A DNA stretch of 64,000 nucleotides, from the NCBI GenBank assembly GCA_044222185.1, contig JBGANV010000005.1, positions 160,001 through 224,000 on the forward strand. Reading direction: 5' to 3'. A program made the translations under genes and the position numbers. This document shows, in pieces, positions 29,304-38,760 of the stretch. The DNA is from Planctomycetota bacterium. GTDB lineage: Bacteria; Planctomycetota; GCA-002687715; CAIWVZ01. The notes beneath the pieces are model-generated. The model was given only the letters and a program-made list of their open reading frames with translations, made no database searches and was not told where the DNA came from. The first letter of the stretch is position 1; each line of letters opens with the position of its first letter.

Positions 29304-31194
29304 CGAAGTCCTCCTCCGCGAGGATCCCGTTCACGAGATGGATGCTCACGACGTCGTCCGACGACAGACCGAGAGTCTCGTAGGGCGCGCGGGTCATCAG
29401 CGCCACGTACGTCCCGTGCTCGAGTGTCGACCCGAGTTGTTCCACGGCCCACCGTTCCAGGACCTCGCGCGGGTCGGGCGGGCTGGATCCGAAGGGAACG
29501 ACGGGCACGGCAACCGGTCCGCGACCGGAGCGCCGTGGGCGGTACGTGACGCCTGGTCCGAGCATGACCCCTCGCGACGGCTCGTCCCGCCATTCCAGAT
29601 CACCGAAGCGCTTCACGAGCTTCAGCACCGCGTCCCACGCGTCGCGTTCGGCCACCGACCGCATCGAGCCGTCCGCCTTCCGGACGAAGTACCGCCCAGC
29701 GAAGTCGCAGACCACGAGCGTCGCCTCCGCCGGGTCGATGGCGAAGGCCGCGTCCGGAACGACGCTCAAGCCACCATCGCCGGTTCGCTTGAAACGGAGG
29801 CGCTCGCGCGAGCGATCCACGGTCACGGTCGCGAGGTGGGTCGGTGTTCGCGCGGGCACGGCGTTCCCGGCCAGCCGCCCGCCGGCATCCAGATCGACCT
29901 TCATCTCATGCCCGAACGAGCCCTGGGATCCGCGGTAGGTGCCCACGTCCGCCATGCCGACGAGCGTACCTGCCGAAGGCGTGAGCGCGCCCGGCGAGAG
30001 CCCAGCGTAAACCTCGCGTTGAACGGCCGACGCCGTCTCGTGGCGGCGCTGATCGAGGATCGTGAACGCGCGCACGGCGGCCTTCGTGCCCAGTCCCTCG
30101 GAGAACATGCCGTACCCGAGGATCACCGCCGCGAACACCAGTCCCGTGAGCGGCAACGTGAATACGATCCGCAGGCCCTCCCGTCGCTTGAGGAGTCGCC
30201 TCACCTGCACGAGCACGGCGAGGATGAAGAGGCCGATGAGGCTCACGAAGAGGATCACGGGGACGTTCCCCAGGTTGGGGATCCGGATCGGGCGCATCAG
30301 GCCGTCCTCGGGAAACCCGCTCGTCGCCGGGTCCGCACCGCTCGAACCCCCGAAGCGCGTGACGGCGGCCGTGAGTACCGAAGGCAGGTCCATGCCGACC
30401 TCGCGATCCGTCAGGCACCAGCGGCCGAAGCGGTGGCGACCGTCGAGTTTCGGATTGCTGCCGAGGCCCTCCGAAACGAGCTCGCGAAGCGGCCCTTCGA
30501 GCGCGGCGACGGCCTTCCTGTCCAACACCACCAGCGTGCCTCCGGCGGCCACGTAATCGACGATCACGCGTTGCCGCTCGGGCGTCAGGTCGGGGTCGCC
30601 TGCGTCGACGAAGAGGACGTCGACGCCGGACATGAACATCCAGCGATCGGGAAGGAACGTCGCGGGCACCCAGGCGATTGCACTCGACCCGAGTCCACTG
30701 CCCCCGGCTACGCTGTACGCCGAGTCGAGGCGCTTGCCCCACTCCTCGGCGACCCGTGCATCGCGCGTCACCATGCCGAGTACGCAGGTCGTGACCCCGC
30801 GCGACGCCGATCCGACGTGCCACGTTTCCTTCCACCGGCCGTCGACGTCGATCGAGCACCACTGGGACCAGCCCTCGGGCGGCATCGGCACGCAGAAACG
30901 CGACTCCTCGCCGGGCTTCAACCTCAGGCTTCGTTGCGCGGCGAAACCCATGCGGCTGTAGCTCGCGTCGCCCATCTCGACGGTGACGTCGTGCGGCTGC
31001 TTGTCCGGATTCTTGAGTGTGACCCAGGTCCAGAGGAATCCGCCAGGTCGTTGAAGGCCAGTGAACGTCTCCGCCGTGCGCACCTCGAGTGCCGGCGTGT
31101 CGTCGCCCATCTCGACGCTCCGGGTCGATTCACGCTGAGCGAGCGCCGAAGCCGCGACGACCAGGCACGAAAGCACCATCCGCATTCCGCTCAT
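29296..31194 (-). CDS. Membrane-anchored hypothetical protein of the MoxR/ABC cluster
   Basis: Signal peptide, LPDRW...YVAAGGTLVV GATase-like segment, two central TM helices; overlaps both neighbours. Confidence 0.75.
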   Translation of the reverse strand: MSGMRMVLSCLVVAASALAQRESTRSVEMGDDTPALEVRTAETFTGLQRPGGFLWTWVTLKNPDKQPHDVTVEMGDASYSRMGFAAQRSLRLKPGEESRFCVPMPPEGWSQWCSIDVDGRWKETWHVGSASRGVTTCVLGMVTRDARVAEEWGKRLDSAYSVAGGSGLGSSAIAWVPATFLPDRWMFMSGVDVLFVDAGDPDLTPERQRVIVDYVAAGGTLVVLDRKAVAALEGPLRELVSEGLGSNPKLDGRHRFGRWCLTDREVGMDLPSVLTAAVTRFGGSSGADPATSGFPEDGLMRPIRIPNLGNVPVILFVSLIGLFILAVLVQVRRLLKRREGLRIVFTLPLTGLVFAAVILGYGMFSEGLGTKAAVRAFTILDQRRHETASAVQREVYAGLSPGALTPSAGTLVGMADVGTYRGSQGSFGHEMKVDLDAGGRLAGNAVPARTPTHLATVTVDRSRERLRFKRTGDGGLSVVPDAAFAIDPAEATLVVCDFAGRYFVRKADGSMRSVAERDAWDAVLKLVKRFGDLEWRDEPSRGVMLGPGVTYRPRRSGRGPVAVPVVPFGSSPPDPREVLERWAVEQLGSTLEHGTYVALMTRAPYETLGLSSDDVVSIHLVNGILAEEDFGE

Positions 31195-32243
31195 CGGCTC
31201 ACCTCCCGCGGAACGACGTTCGCCGCAGGGTCGACCGAGTCGACGACGAGGCGGACCACGTCGCGCGGCGTCAACCCTTCGAGCCGCGCCGCGTGATCGA
31301 GCACGAGCCGATGAGCGATCACGGCAGGTGCCACGCGCCGCACGTCCGAGAAGTCCACGTTGGGCCGCCCAGCCAGCAGCGCCGCGGCCCTCCCCGACTC
31401 TGCCAGGCCGATCGCCGCACGCGGCGACGCGCCGAACTTCAGGAGCCGCCGGACGCGTTCCGGCGTCGCCGGGCTCCGCGGTTGCGTGGCGTCGACCAGT
31501 CGCGCGATGTAGCGCGCCACCGGCTCGGGAAGGAAGACGCCGTCGACCGTCTTGAACAGGTCGCCGAGCGCCGCGGCGTCGGCGGCTGCGTCGAGTACCG
31601 GGGCCTGGCCCTGGCGCCGCTCGCGGAGGATCCGGACGAGCACGTCCTCCCCCACCGAGGGAACGTCGAGCTTGAAGAGGAATCGATCGAGCTGCGCCTC
31701 GGGCAGCGGATACGTGCCCTCGAGTTCGATGGGGTTCTGAGTCGCGAGGACGAAGAACGGGGTCGGAAGGCGGTGTGTCTCACCGAGGACCGTGACGCGG
31801 CGCTCCTGCATGCCCTCGAGCAGGGCCGATTGCGTCTTCGGCGAGGCGCGGTTGATCTCGTCCGCGAGGACGAGGTTCGCGAACAAGGGTCCCTGGTGGA
31901 AGACGAACGTGCGGCGGCCGTCGCGCTCCTCGAGGACCGGCCCGCCGGTGATGTCGCTCGGCATGAGGTCCGGCGTGAACTGGACCCGGCGGAACGACAG
32001 CCCCAGCAGCGAGGCGAGTCCTTTCACCAACTCGGTCTTGCCGAGGCCGGGGAGACCTTCGAGCAGGATGTGACCCCGTGCCGCGAGCGCGACCACCGTC
32101 AGGTCGAGCAGTTCGTCCTGCCCGAAGAGCACCTGCCCCAATCCGGCGCGGATCTTCGCGAGGATGTTGCGTCCGACTTCGATCTCCGCCGGCGCGAGCA
32201 GTCTCTCGCCGCCGCGCGTCAACGCACCGCTCCCATCGTTCAC
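31191..32243 (-). CDS. moxR: MoxR family AAA+ ATPase
   Basis: GHILLEGLPGLGKT, RVQFTPDLMPSD, LADEINRASPKTQSALLE, ATQNPIELEGTYPLPEAQLDRF, GASPRA. Confidence 0.95.
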   Translation of the reverse strand: MNDGSGALTRGGERLLAPAEIEVGRNILAKIRAGLGQVLFGQDELLDLTVVALAARGHILLEGLPGLGKTELVKGLASLLGLSFRRVQFTPDLMPSDITGGPVLEERDGRRTFVFHQGPLFANLVLADEINRASPKTQSALLEGMQERRVTVLGETHRLPTPFFVLATQNPIELEGTYPLPEAQLDRFLFKLDVPSVGEDVLVRILRERRQGQAPVLDAAADAAALGDLFKTVDGVFLPEPVARYIARLVDATQPRSPATPERVRRLLKFGASPRAAIGLAESGRAAALLAGRPNVDFSDVRRVAPAVIAHRLVLDHAARLEGLTPRDVVRLVVDSVDPAANVVPREVSR

Positions 32244-32280
32244 CTTCGCGCTCCTGGTTTCTTCGCGCCTGACGCGAGCG

Positions 32281-33672
32281 TCATTTGCCGGTGGTCGATC
32301 CCGTTTCGAAGAACCGCTTGACCACCTCGCGGTGATGTGGCGCGAGGCGGCGACGCCACGCAGCGCCTCCCGTCCCGTCGACGCCAGCACGGCCCGGTGC
32401 CGCGGTCTCGACCGGCGCCGCTTCCGGCTCGCGCGTGCCCACGCCGACCAGACTCCACTCGTCGGGAACGCGCGCCCCCGGCGGCAGTTTCTGAGCCTTC
32501 ATCTTCTCCGTCAACTCCGGCGTGTCTCCGTCGTAGCGCAGAGGCGCGGCCCCGCCGCCCTCCGTCCCGCCGCCCGCCCCAGTTCCGTCTTCGCGGCGAC
32601 CGCCGCGACCCGAGCCGCTTCAATGTCCGTCCCGGCAGGATTCATCGTGCACGTGTTTGGACAGGGCGAGTTCGCGGCGCGAGGCCTCGCCCGCCTTCCT
32701 GGCCCGGGCCGGGTCGCCGAGCCCGAGTTTCGCCAGGTCCGCGGCATTGCCGCCGAACTGCTTTGCCAACTCGTCCGCGAGCTTTGCGAGCTCGGCCGGG
32801 TCGACGGGCAGGTTCCCGAAGTCTCCGGCCTTCCCCGCGCCGCCGTTCATCCGCTTCAGGAGTTCCGCAGGGAGCTTCTGGGTCAGCCCCTGCTTGGCGG
32901 CATTCTCGAGGAACCTGGTCAGACCTTCCCTGAGGTCCGCGCCGGCTGCGCCCTCCATCGCCTCGGAGAGCGCCGCAAGTGCCTCCTCGGCTGCCTGCTT
33001 GTGCTCTTCGACCGCCTGCTCGACGCGCTTCTCCAAGGCGTCCACGTCGGTCCACGAGGGGCTCTCACCCGACGCCACCTGCTTTTGGAGGGACTCGAGC
33101 TGCTTCTTGAGCGCGTCGATCATTTCCGGCGTGATGGCGTCGGCCACCGCAGGGTCGGCGAGCGACTTCGCGAGCGAGGCGAGGGCGTCGACGATCGCCG
33201 GGCTCACGGTGGGCGAACGGGGACGGACGGCGGGAAGCAGTGCAACGAGCGCGAGGAACGCGATGGCGAGGAGTCCGTGAAAAACCGGACGCCCGATCTC
33301 CATCCGCAATCGCAGGGGCGCTGCCCCGGCGAGTCGCGCCCTGAGCGTTTCACGCCAGGCGTCGCCCGAGACCTCCAGGTCCGAAACGACGAGGCCTCCC
33401 AGTCCGAGTTCTCGGTCGACGTAGAGAGCGGCGGCTGCGTGCGACGGAACCCGCCGGTTGGCGCGGAGGATCGCCGCCGCCGCGGGAATCGCAAGACCGG
33501 CCGCCCACCACGCTTCGGGCCGCCAGTTCCGGCCGAAACCACGGGCGACGAGGAGGGCCGTCCCGCCAGCGAGCGCCAGGACGGCGAGCGTCCGAGCGAA
33601 GGTGACGAGGGCGACCGCGATCCACGAGCGCGTGCGGACATGGCGGATCGCTGCCTGGGCTTCGGCGAACAT
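32281..33672 (-). CDS. Membrane-anchored coiled-coil protein read through an in-frame TGA (32620-32622); candidate selenoprotein of 463 aa (alternatives: nonsense pseudogene or two genes)
   Basis: ORFs 32620..33672 and 32281..32514 are in the same frame, separated only by one TGA: ...KHVHDESCRDGH*SGSGRGGRREDG...RRRLAPHHREVVKRFFETGSTTGK. Confidence 0.65.
32591..32608 (-). promoter_or_regulatory. Putative bacterial SECIS element
   Basis: mRNA UGA-AGCGGCUCGGG-UCGCGGC-GGUC-GCCGCGA: perfect 7-bp stem with G-first loop starting 11 nt after UGA. Confidence 0.55.
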
Positions 33673-33678
33673 GAGCCC

Positions 33679-33684
33679 AGCATA
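33679..33684 (-). promoter_or_regulatory. -10 element of a probable leaderless transcript for the MoxR operon
   Basis: TATGCT lies 6 nt before the ATG at 33672, with no SD sequence. Confidence 0.45.
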
Positions 33685-33764
33685 CGGGCGGACGTCGAGT
33701 TATGGAATCTCACACTCGACGGCGGCCGGGCGCGCGGCGGCGCCCGGCTCGTGCGGCCGGCGCG

Positions 33765-36092
33765 TCACGGTCCGAAGACGATGCGCAGGCCGCGCGAGAA
33801 CGCCCAGCCGAACTGCGCACCCGGATCGGCCTGAACGACCTGAGCATTCAGGACCGTTCCGACGAGCGACGGTACGGACGGCACGCTCCACCAGAACGTG
33901 AGGCCGCCGGCCGGCAACGGCATCACGACCGGGTCGATGGGCTCGACCAGCAGCGTTCCACCCGCCGGCGTCGGCCGGTTGGCGGTGTCCGGCGACGCCA
34001 CCACGGCGGCGATCGTCGCAACCCCCGAGGTGTTGCCGATGTTCACGGCGATCGTCGAACCGAGGGAGGGCGGCCCCGACAGGGTCAGCGGCGGAACCAC
34101 GCCGCCCGTTCCCGGGTAGCCGGTGCCGTAGTTGGCCCATTCGGCGCCTCGGGTCACCGTGACGACGCCGAGCGTGGAGTCGGTGAAGCCGTCGAAGGAC
34201 GCGAACGTGAACGGGTCAGGCCCGGCAAACCCGGCCTCGGGGTAGTAGGTCGCCTGGTTGCCAGCGAGCGCGACCGTGCCGTGCGCCGGCTGGTGAACGA
34301 TGCGCAGGGTCTGCGTCTGGCTCGTGTTCGGGTCCGCCACGGACAACGTCACGGTGACCGGTGCTCCGTTGGACGTCGCGCTGAGGGTCGCAGCCGTCCC
34401 GCGAGCGTTCGGGATCGGATCGTCGCTGTTTGGTCCGTTGTGGCAGGAGTAGCAGCTCACGAGCGAACCGCGGAAGAACGTCTTCGTCCCCCAGTTGGTG
34501 GAGAAGCTCCGATCACCCTGCGCCATCGACAGCACGGTTCCCTTGAAGTTGCCGCCGTGGCAGACGGCGCACTGCGCCGAGCCCGTGTTCTCGACGGTAT
34601 CGCCGTGATCACTCACCCAGTTCTGGCCGATCGGGTGCATGCCGTGCGGACCGCCGTTCACGGTCTGCGGATCGGTGCCGTGGCACGCCGTGCAATCGGC
34701 GATGGTGCCCACGTGCCCCTGGAACGCCAGGGGTTGAACGTTGTCGTTGCCATGAGCCGCGGGGTACTCGGCGTGCGTCGAGCCGTGACATGCCTCACAG
34801 CGAAGTCCGCCGTGGCCCGTCGAGAACCGGAACAGCGAGAACCCGGCGGCGGGCGTGTTGGGATTGGTCGCGAACGTCGCGTCGACGGGTTGGCGGAGCT
34901 GCCCGGAAGCAGTGAACGCGTCGGTGTAACGGATCTGCCCATTGTTGGTCGTCGCCGTTCCCGTGTGGCAGTTCTGGCAGCCCGGCTCCTCGAGCCATCC
35001 GGTACGCGTGGCGGCCCCGACGGCGCTCATGTTGCCGTGGCAGCTCTGACACTGCATCGCGAGCGTTCCGTTGGGTGCGACGGCGGCGCCCATGGCTCCG
35101 CGCAGACAGCGCGTCTCCGAGCCCGGGTGGCATCGATAGCAGGCGGCGCGGTTGCTGCTGGAGTCGAGCGAGAGGCCGTTCACCGGGTCGAGGACCGACG
35201 CGTGGAACGCATGGACCGACGCCGTGAGCGGCGAGACGCCCGCGATCCCGGTGCCCGGCAGCGCGTTCGAGGCGTGGCACTTCGCGCAGAGGATCGGGGT
35301 GCCCTGATTCACGACCGTCGCATGGAGGCCGGCCGAGCTGTAACCGGCGGTGGTGAGGGCCGAGTCGAACGTCGCCTGTCCCAGGTGCCGGTCGTGCAGC
35401 TTCAAGATGTTCAGTCGGTAGTCGCGCTCGGCGTTGGGATCGAAAACCCAACCGGCCGACGGTTCCGCGGCGGGGCCGGCGCCCGAGGCGTGACATGCGC
35501 GGCAGTCCATCTCGTCGGAGACGGGCAGCACGACGTCGGTCGAAGCGAGCGGTGTGCCACCCCCACTGCGGAGCACGAGGCGCATCATCGGGTACGGCCG
35601 CTTGTGACCGGCGTCGTCGTACGGAGTGATCGGGATCCCTTCGGCACTGAACGTGTTCGACGAAGACGCGAAGGACATCGCGCGCGGCGTGTTGGCGGGA
35701 CCTGGCATGTCGAAGCCGGCGAGACCGACGTTCGGTGTGCCCGACGCGCCGTAGAGAGCGTTGGCGAACTGCCAGAAGTTCGTCTTGCCGACTGACGACA
35801 CGTTGATCGAGCCGCTTGGATCCGCGACGGACTCGTAGGTCACGGTGCGCCCTCCTGGTGCCAGGAGCAGGTGCCCATCGGGCTGGATCACCTGGGCGTC
35901 GACCGTGTTGTAGGGCGGGAGGATGGAGAACACCCCGTAGTCCGAGTCCATGCAGTGCATGCCCAGGTTGTTCCAGCCGACGATCTTCCACGTGGGCGGC
36001 GGCGGTGGCGGTGGTGCATCGGAGACGAACCCCGTGGCGACGAACGCCATCGCCAGGACACCAAGCATCAGGACGAACGTGGTGGGTTTCAT
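33765..36092 (-). CDS. Secreted multihaem cytochrome c (9 CXXCH) with Ig/cadherin-like domain and C-terminal domain
   Basis: Signal peptide; GWNNLGMHC; CRACH, CAKCH, CYRCH, CQSCH, CQNCH, CEACH, CTACH, CAVCH, CYSCH; QPAHGTV...YYPEAGFAGPDPFTF. Confidence 0.9.
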   Translation of the reverse strand: MKPTTFVLMLGVLAMAFVATGFVSDAPPPPPPPTWKIVGWNNLGMHCMDSDYGVFSILPPYNTVDAQVIQPDGHLLLAPGGRTVTYESVADPSGSINVSSVGKTNFWQFANALYGASGTPNVGLAGFDMPGPANTPRAMSFASSSNTFSAEGIPITPYDDAGHKRPYPMMRLVLRSGGGTPLASTDVVLPVSDEMDCRACHASGAGPAAEPSAGWVFDPNAERDYRLNILKLHDRHLGQATFDSALTTAGYSSAGLHATVVNQGTPILCAKCHASNALPGTGIAGVSPLTASVHAFHASVLDPVNGLSLDSSSNRAACYRCHPGSETRCLRGAMGAAVAPNGTLAMQCQSCHGNMSAVGAATRTGWLEEPGCQNCHTGTATTNNGQIRYTDAFTASGQLRQPVDATFATNPNTPAAGFSLFRFSTGHGGLRCEACHGSTHAEYPAAHGNDNVQPLAFQGHVGTIADCTACHGTDPQTVNGGPHGMHPIGQNWVSDHGDTVENTGSAQCAVCHGGNFKGTVLSMAQGDRSFSTNWGTKTFFRGSLVSCYSCHNGPNSDDPIPNARGTAATLSATSNGAPVTVTLSVADPNTSQTQTLRIVHQPAHGTVALAGNQATYYPEAGFAGPDPFTFASFDGFTDSTLGVVTVTRGAEWANYGTGYPGTGGVVPPLTLSGPPSLGSTIAVNIGNTSGVATIAAVVASPDTANRPTPAGGTLLVEPIDPVVMPLPAGGLTFWWSVPSVPSLVGTVLNAQVVQADPGAQFGWAFSRGLRIVFGP

Positions 36093-36463
36093 GCGCGACT
36101 CCATCCGGTGCACCGCGGTGGCGCGCGGGGTTGCGCCTCGTTCGGGCTTCTCTGACAGGGGTCACCGCGGCGGCCGAGGACGACAGAGGTGCACACTCCG
36201 TACCGGCGGAGGCCCGTGCGCGCGGAATACGACCGTCTCCGTAGCCGCGCCGCCGAGGCCGATTCCCAGCCGCGCCCCCACCGGTGGTATTGCCGAGAAA
36301 TCCACTGACACCGGAGGCGCCCGCGGGCGCCGTGCCACTGCGTGCGGCCCTCACCCGGTCGGGCCTGCGTGCAATTGCTCCACGGTGACGACGTCGACAT
36401 TTCACGCGAGCGAAGCGCCCGGATGCCCGGGATCGAGGGTTGCCGAATGAAACCCCGTTGCAT

Positions 36464-36480
36464 TTGGCATTCGCGATGCT
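36464..36480 (+). promoter_or_regulatory. Putative sigma-54 (-24/-12) promoter
   Basis: TTGGCATTCGCGATGCT = TGGCA-N7-TGC with GG-N10-GC spacing, about 50 nt before ATG 36532. Confidence 0.55.
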
Positions 36481-36531
36481 TCCGTCGCATCGCCCGAAGT
36501 CAGCCCAACGAGTTCTCACACGGAAACACCG

Positions 36532-38748
36532 ATGGACAGCAAACTCGCCGAGCGCTTCCGCTCCTTCCGCCGCCTGGATGCGACGGCCTCAGCCGCGGTC
36601 GCAGCCGTGCTCGTCTCCCTGCTCGTGGGATGCAGCCAGGGCGAAGGCAACACGACTCAGGCACCGGCCGTCTTCGGCTGGCCCATCCTGACGAGCCCCG
36701 GCCGCCCGGGTTCCCTTGGCTTCACGGCCATCGAGGACCTGAACGGTGACGGGCACCTCGACATCCGAGGAAGCAATCCCGTAGGCGACCTCACGGTCCG
36801 CCTCCTCGGTGTGGGGGGCGCTCGGTTCACTCCGGACACGCCGCTCGGAGGCATCCCAGGGCTGCCGCCCGGCGCCGAACAGGGGGCCGTCGTGGCGGCG
36901 TTCGACCTCCCCGGTGACGACTTGCCGGACCTCGTGGTGACGTGGAGCGGCGGATGGGTTCTCCTGTCGAGTGCCGGACCCGGCGGCTATGCGGCGCGCG
37001 AACTCACGGAATTCGCCCAGCCCGGGGCGTTCGTCACTGCGGCCGTCGGCGTCGATCTGGATGGCGACGGCGACCGCGATCTGGTGACGATCTCCTCGCC
37101 ATCCGGCGCGATCGAGGCGTGGCACGTGACGGGGATGGGGCTCGCGCCGACAGCCTTGGCGATCAGCCCGCTTCTTTCGTCGCGGCTCGTGAGCGGGGAC
37201 GTCGACGGCGACGGGCATCAGGACGTCGTCGTCGTGTCCGGGTTCATCCCACATTCGGTCTGGATCGGGGACGGTCTCGGGGGACTGACGGCGTGGGGCC
37301 GGCTCCCGAACGTCGTCGGCACGCTCGCCGATTGGGACGGTGATGGAGATCTGGATCTGCTGTCGGTGACGCCGTCGACGCTGGCCTGGTGGCGCAACGA
37401 CGGCACGTCGGCGTTCAGCGGCCCCATGTTCCTCGCGCCGCACCCGTCGGCGGTCTCATCGATCGCAACGCTCGCCGTGGGAGACGTGGACGGCAACGGG
37501 ACGCGCGACCTGGTCGAGGGAGACCCGGCGCGACTGTGGCTTCAGCGGACGGATGGAACGCTGGATCGCATCGACCTTCCGATCGCTGGCGGGCAGGCCT
37601 TCGTCGCCGACGTGACGGAAGACGCGCTGCTGGACCTGGTCTTCGTCGGGGATTCAACGTCGGTGCTGCCGCAGAACCCGGACCACACGTTCACGGTTCC
37701 ATCGGGGATCGACTTCGGCGGAACGATCCGGCGCGTGCTGTCGGCACCGCTTCAGTTGGGAGGACCGCGTCGGCTCGTCGTCCAAGCGGGCAACGCGACC
37801 CTCGCGAACGGACCCGATTCGTTGCGGATCGCGGACGTCGTCAGTGGCAACGTCGTCGAACTCTCAGTGGCGTACGCGCCCACGAGCGCATGGAATTTCG
37901 TCGCGCTGACGGACCTGGACGGGGACGGCGCCGAAGACGTCGTGATCTACCAGGGAGCCGGCCTGCAGGTTCTGCGCGGCGACGGAGCGGGCGGGTTCCT
38001 CGCTCCCATCGCGCTCTCGACGCTGGTGGTCGCGGGGCCGGTGGGTTTCGGTGATCTCGACGGCGACGGGGACGCGGACGTCTACGATCCGACGCTCGCT
38101 CGCATCTCCAGCAACCAGTCGTTCGCCTTCAGCTACGCGTTGGGCCCCAACGGTTTCGCTGGGCCATACGCTGCGTTCGAGCCGTGCGTCATCCGCGACT
38201 TCGATGGTGATGGGCGCGCGGACATCGGCATCTTGGCTGGGCGCGGGTCGTCGCCGGGGCTCATCGCCTACGGGCTCGGTGGATCGCCGCCGTCGTTCAC
38301 CGACCTCGTCGCCATCGGGCCGCTCGTGGGGTTGGACGCGGTCACGAACTGGATCGAGACGGACGTCGATGCGGACGGTCGCGTCGATTGGGTCGACGTG
38401 AACCATGGGCTGTGGCTCGCGAACGACGGAACGGGGCGGGCCGTCGGAGCGCCTCACGCCCTCGCTGCGCCCTTCGCCGGATTGGATGGACAGGTCGCGG
38501 ACCTCGATGGCGACGGGCGTCGCAATGACGTTCTCGTTCGCCACGAAGACGGGTTCGATGCGTGGATCCAAACGGGCCCGGCGATCTTCACGCGCGGTCA
38601 GCCACGACCGGCCCGGGCTGGCCCGTCCAACCTCCAGACTCTCGTGATCGCCGACGCCGACGGGGATGACCGCGATGATCTGCTCGCGTGGGAGGGCTCG
38701 AGGCTCCATTTCCTCGCGAACTCGGGCACGGCGCCGCGTGCGCGGTGA
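36532..38748 (+). CDS. FG-GAP/VCBS repeat lipoprotein
   Basis: Lipobox LLVG|C; many DxDGDGxxD Ca-binding repeats. Confidence 0.85.
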   Translation: MDSKLAERFRSFRRLDATASAAVAAVLVSLLVGCSQGEGNTTQAPAVFGWPILTSPGRPGSLGFTAIEDLNGDGHLDIRGSNPVGDLTVRLLGVGGARFTPDTPLGGIPGLPPGAEQGAVVAAFDLPGDDLPDLVVTWSGGWVLLSSAGPGGYAARELTEFAQPGAFVTAAVGVDLDGDGDRDLVTISSPSGAIEAWHVTGMGLAPTALAISPLLSSRLVSGDVDGDGHQDVVVVSGFIPHSVWIGDGLGGLTAWGRLPNVVGTLADWDGDGDLDLLSVTPSTLAWWRNDGTSAFSGPMFLAPHPSAVSSIATLAVGDVDGNGTRDLVEGDPARLWLQRTDGTLDRIDLPIAGGQAFVADVTEDALLDLVFVGDSTSVLPQNPDHTFTVPSGIDFGGTIRRVLSAPLQLGGPRRLVVQAGNATLANGPDSLRIADVVSGNVVELSVAYAPTSAWNFVALTDLDGDGAEDVVIYQGAGLQVLRGDGAGGFLAPIALSTLVVAGPVGFGDLDGDGDADVYDPTLARISSNQSFAFSYALGPNGFAGPYAAFEPCVIRDFDGDGRADIGILAGRGSSPGLIAYGLGGSPPSFTDLVAIGPLVGLDAVTNWIETDVDADGRVDWVDVNHGLWLANDGTGRAVGAPHALAAPFAGLDGQVADLDGDGRRNDVLVRHEDGFDAWIQTGPAIFTRGQPRPARAGPSNLQTLVIADADGDDRDDLLAWEGSRLHFLANSGTAPRAR

Positions 38749-38760
38749 GGGGCGCGGACG

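Noticed and set aside
32620-32622. Genome-wide TGA recoding (Trp/Gly) as the explanation for the in-frame stop
   Set aside because: Most genes in the window terminate at TGA, often in ATGA/GTGA overlaps, so TGA is a normal stop here
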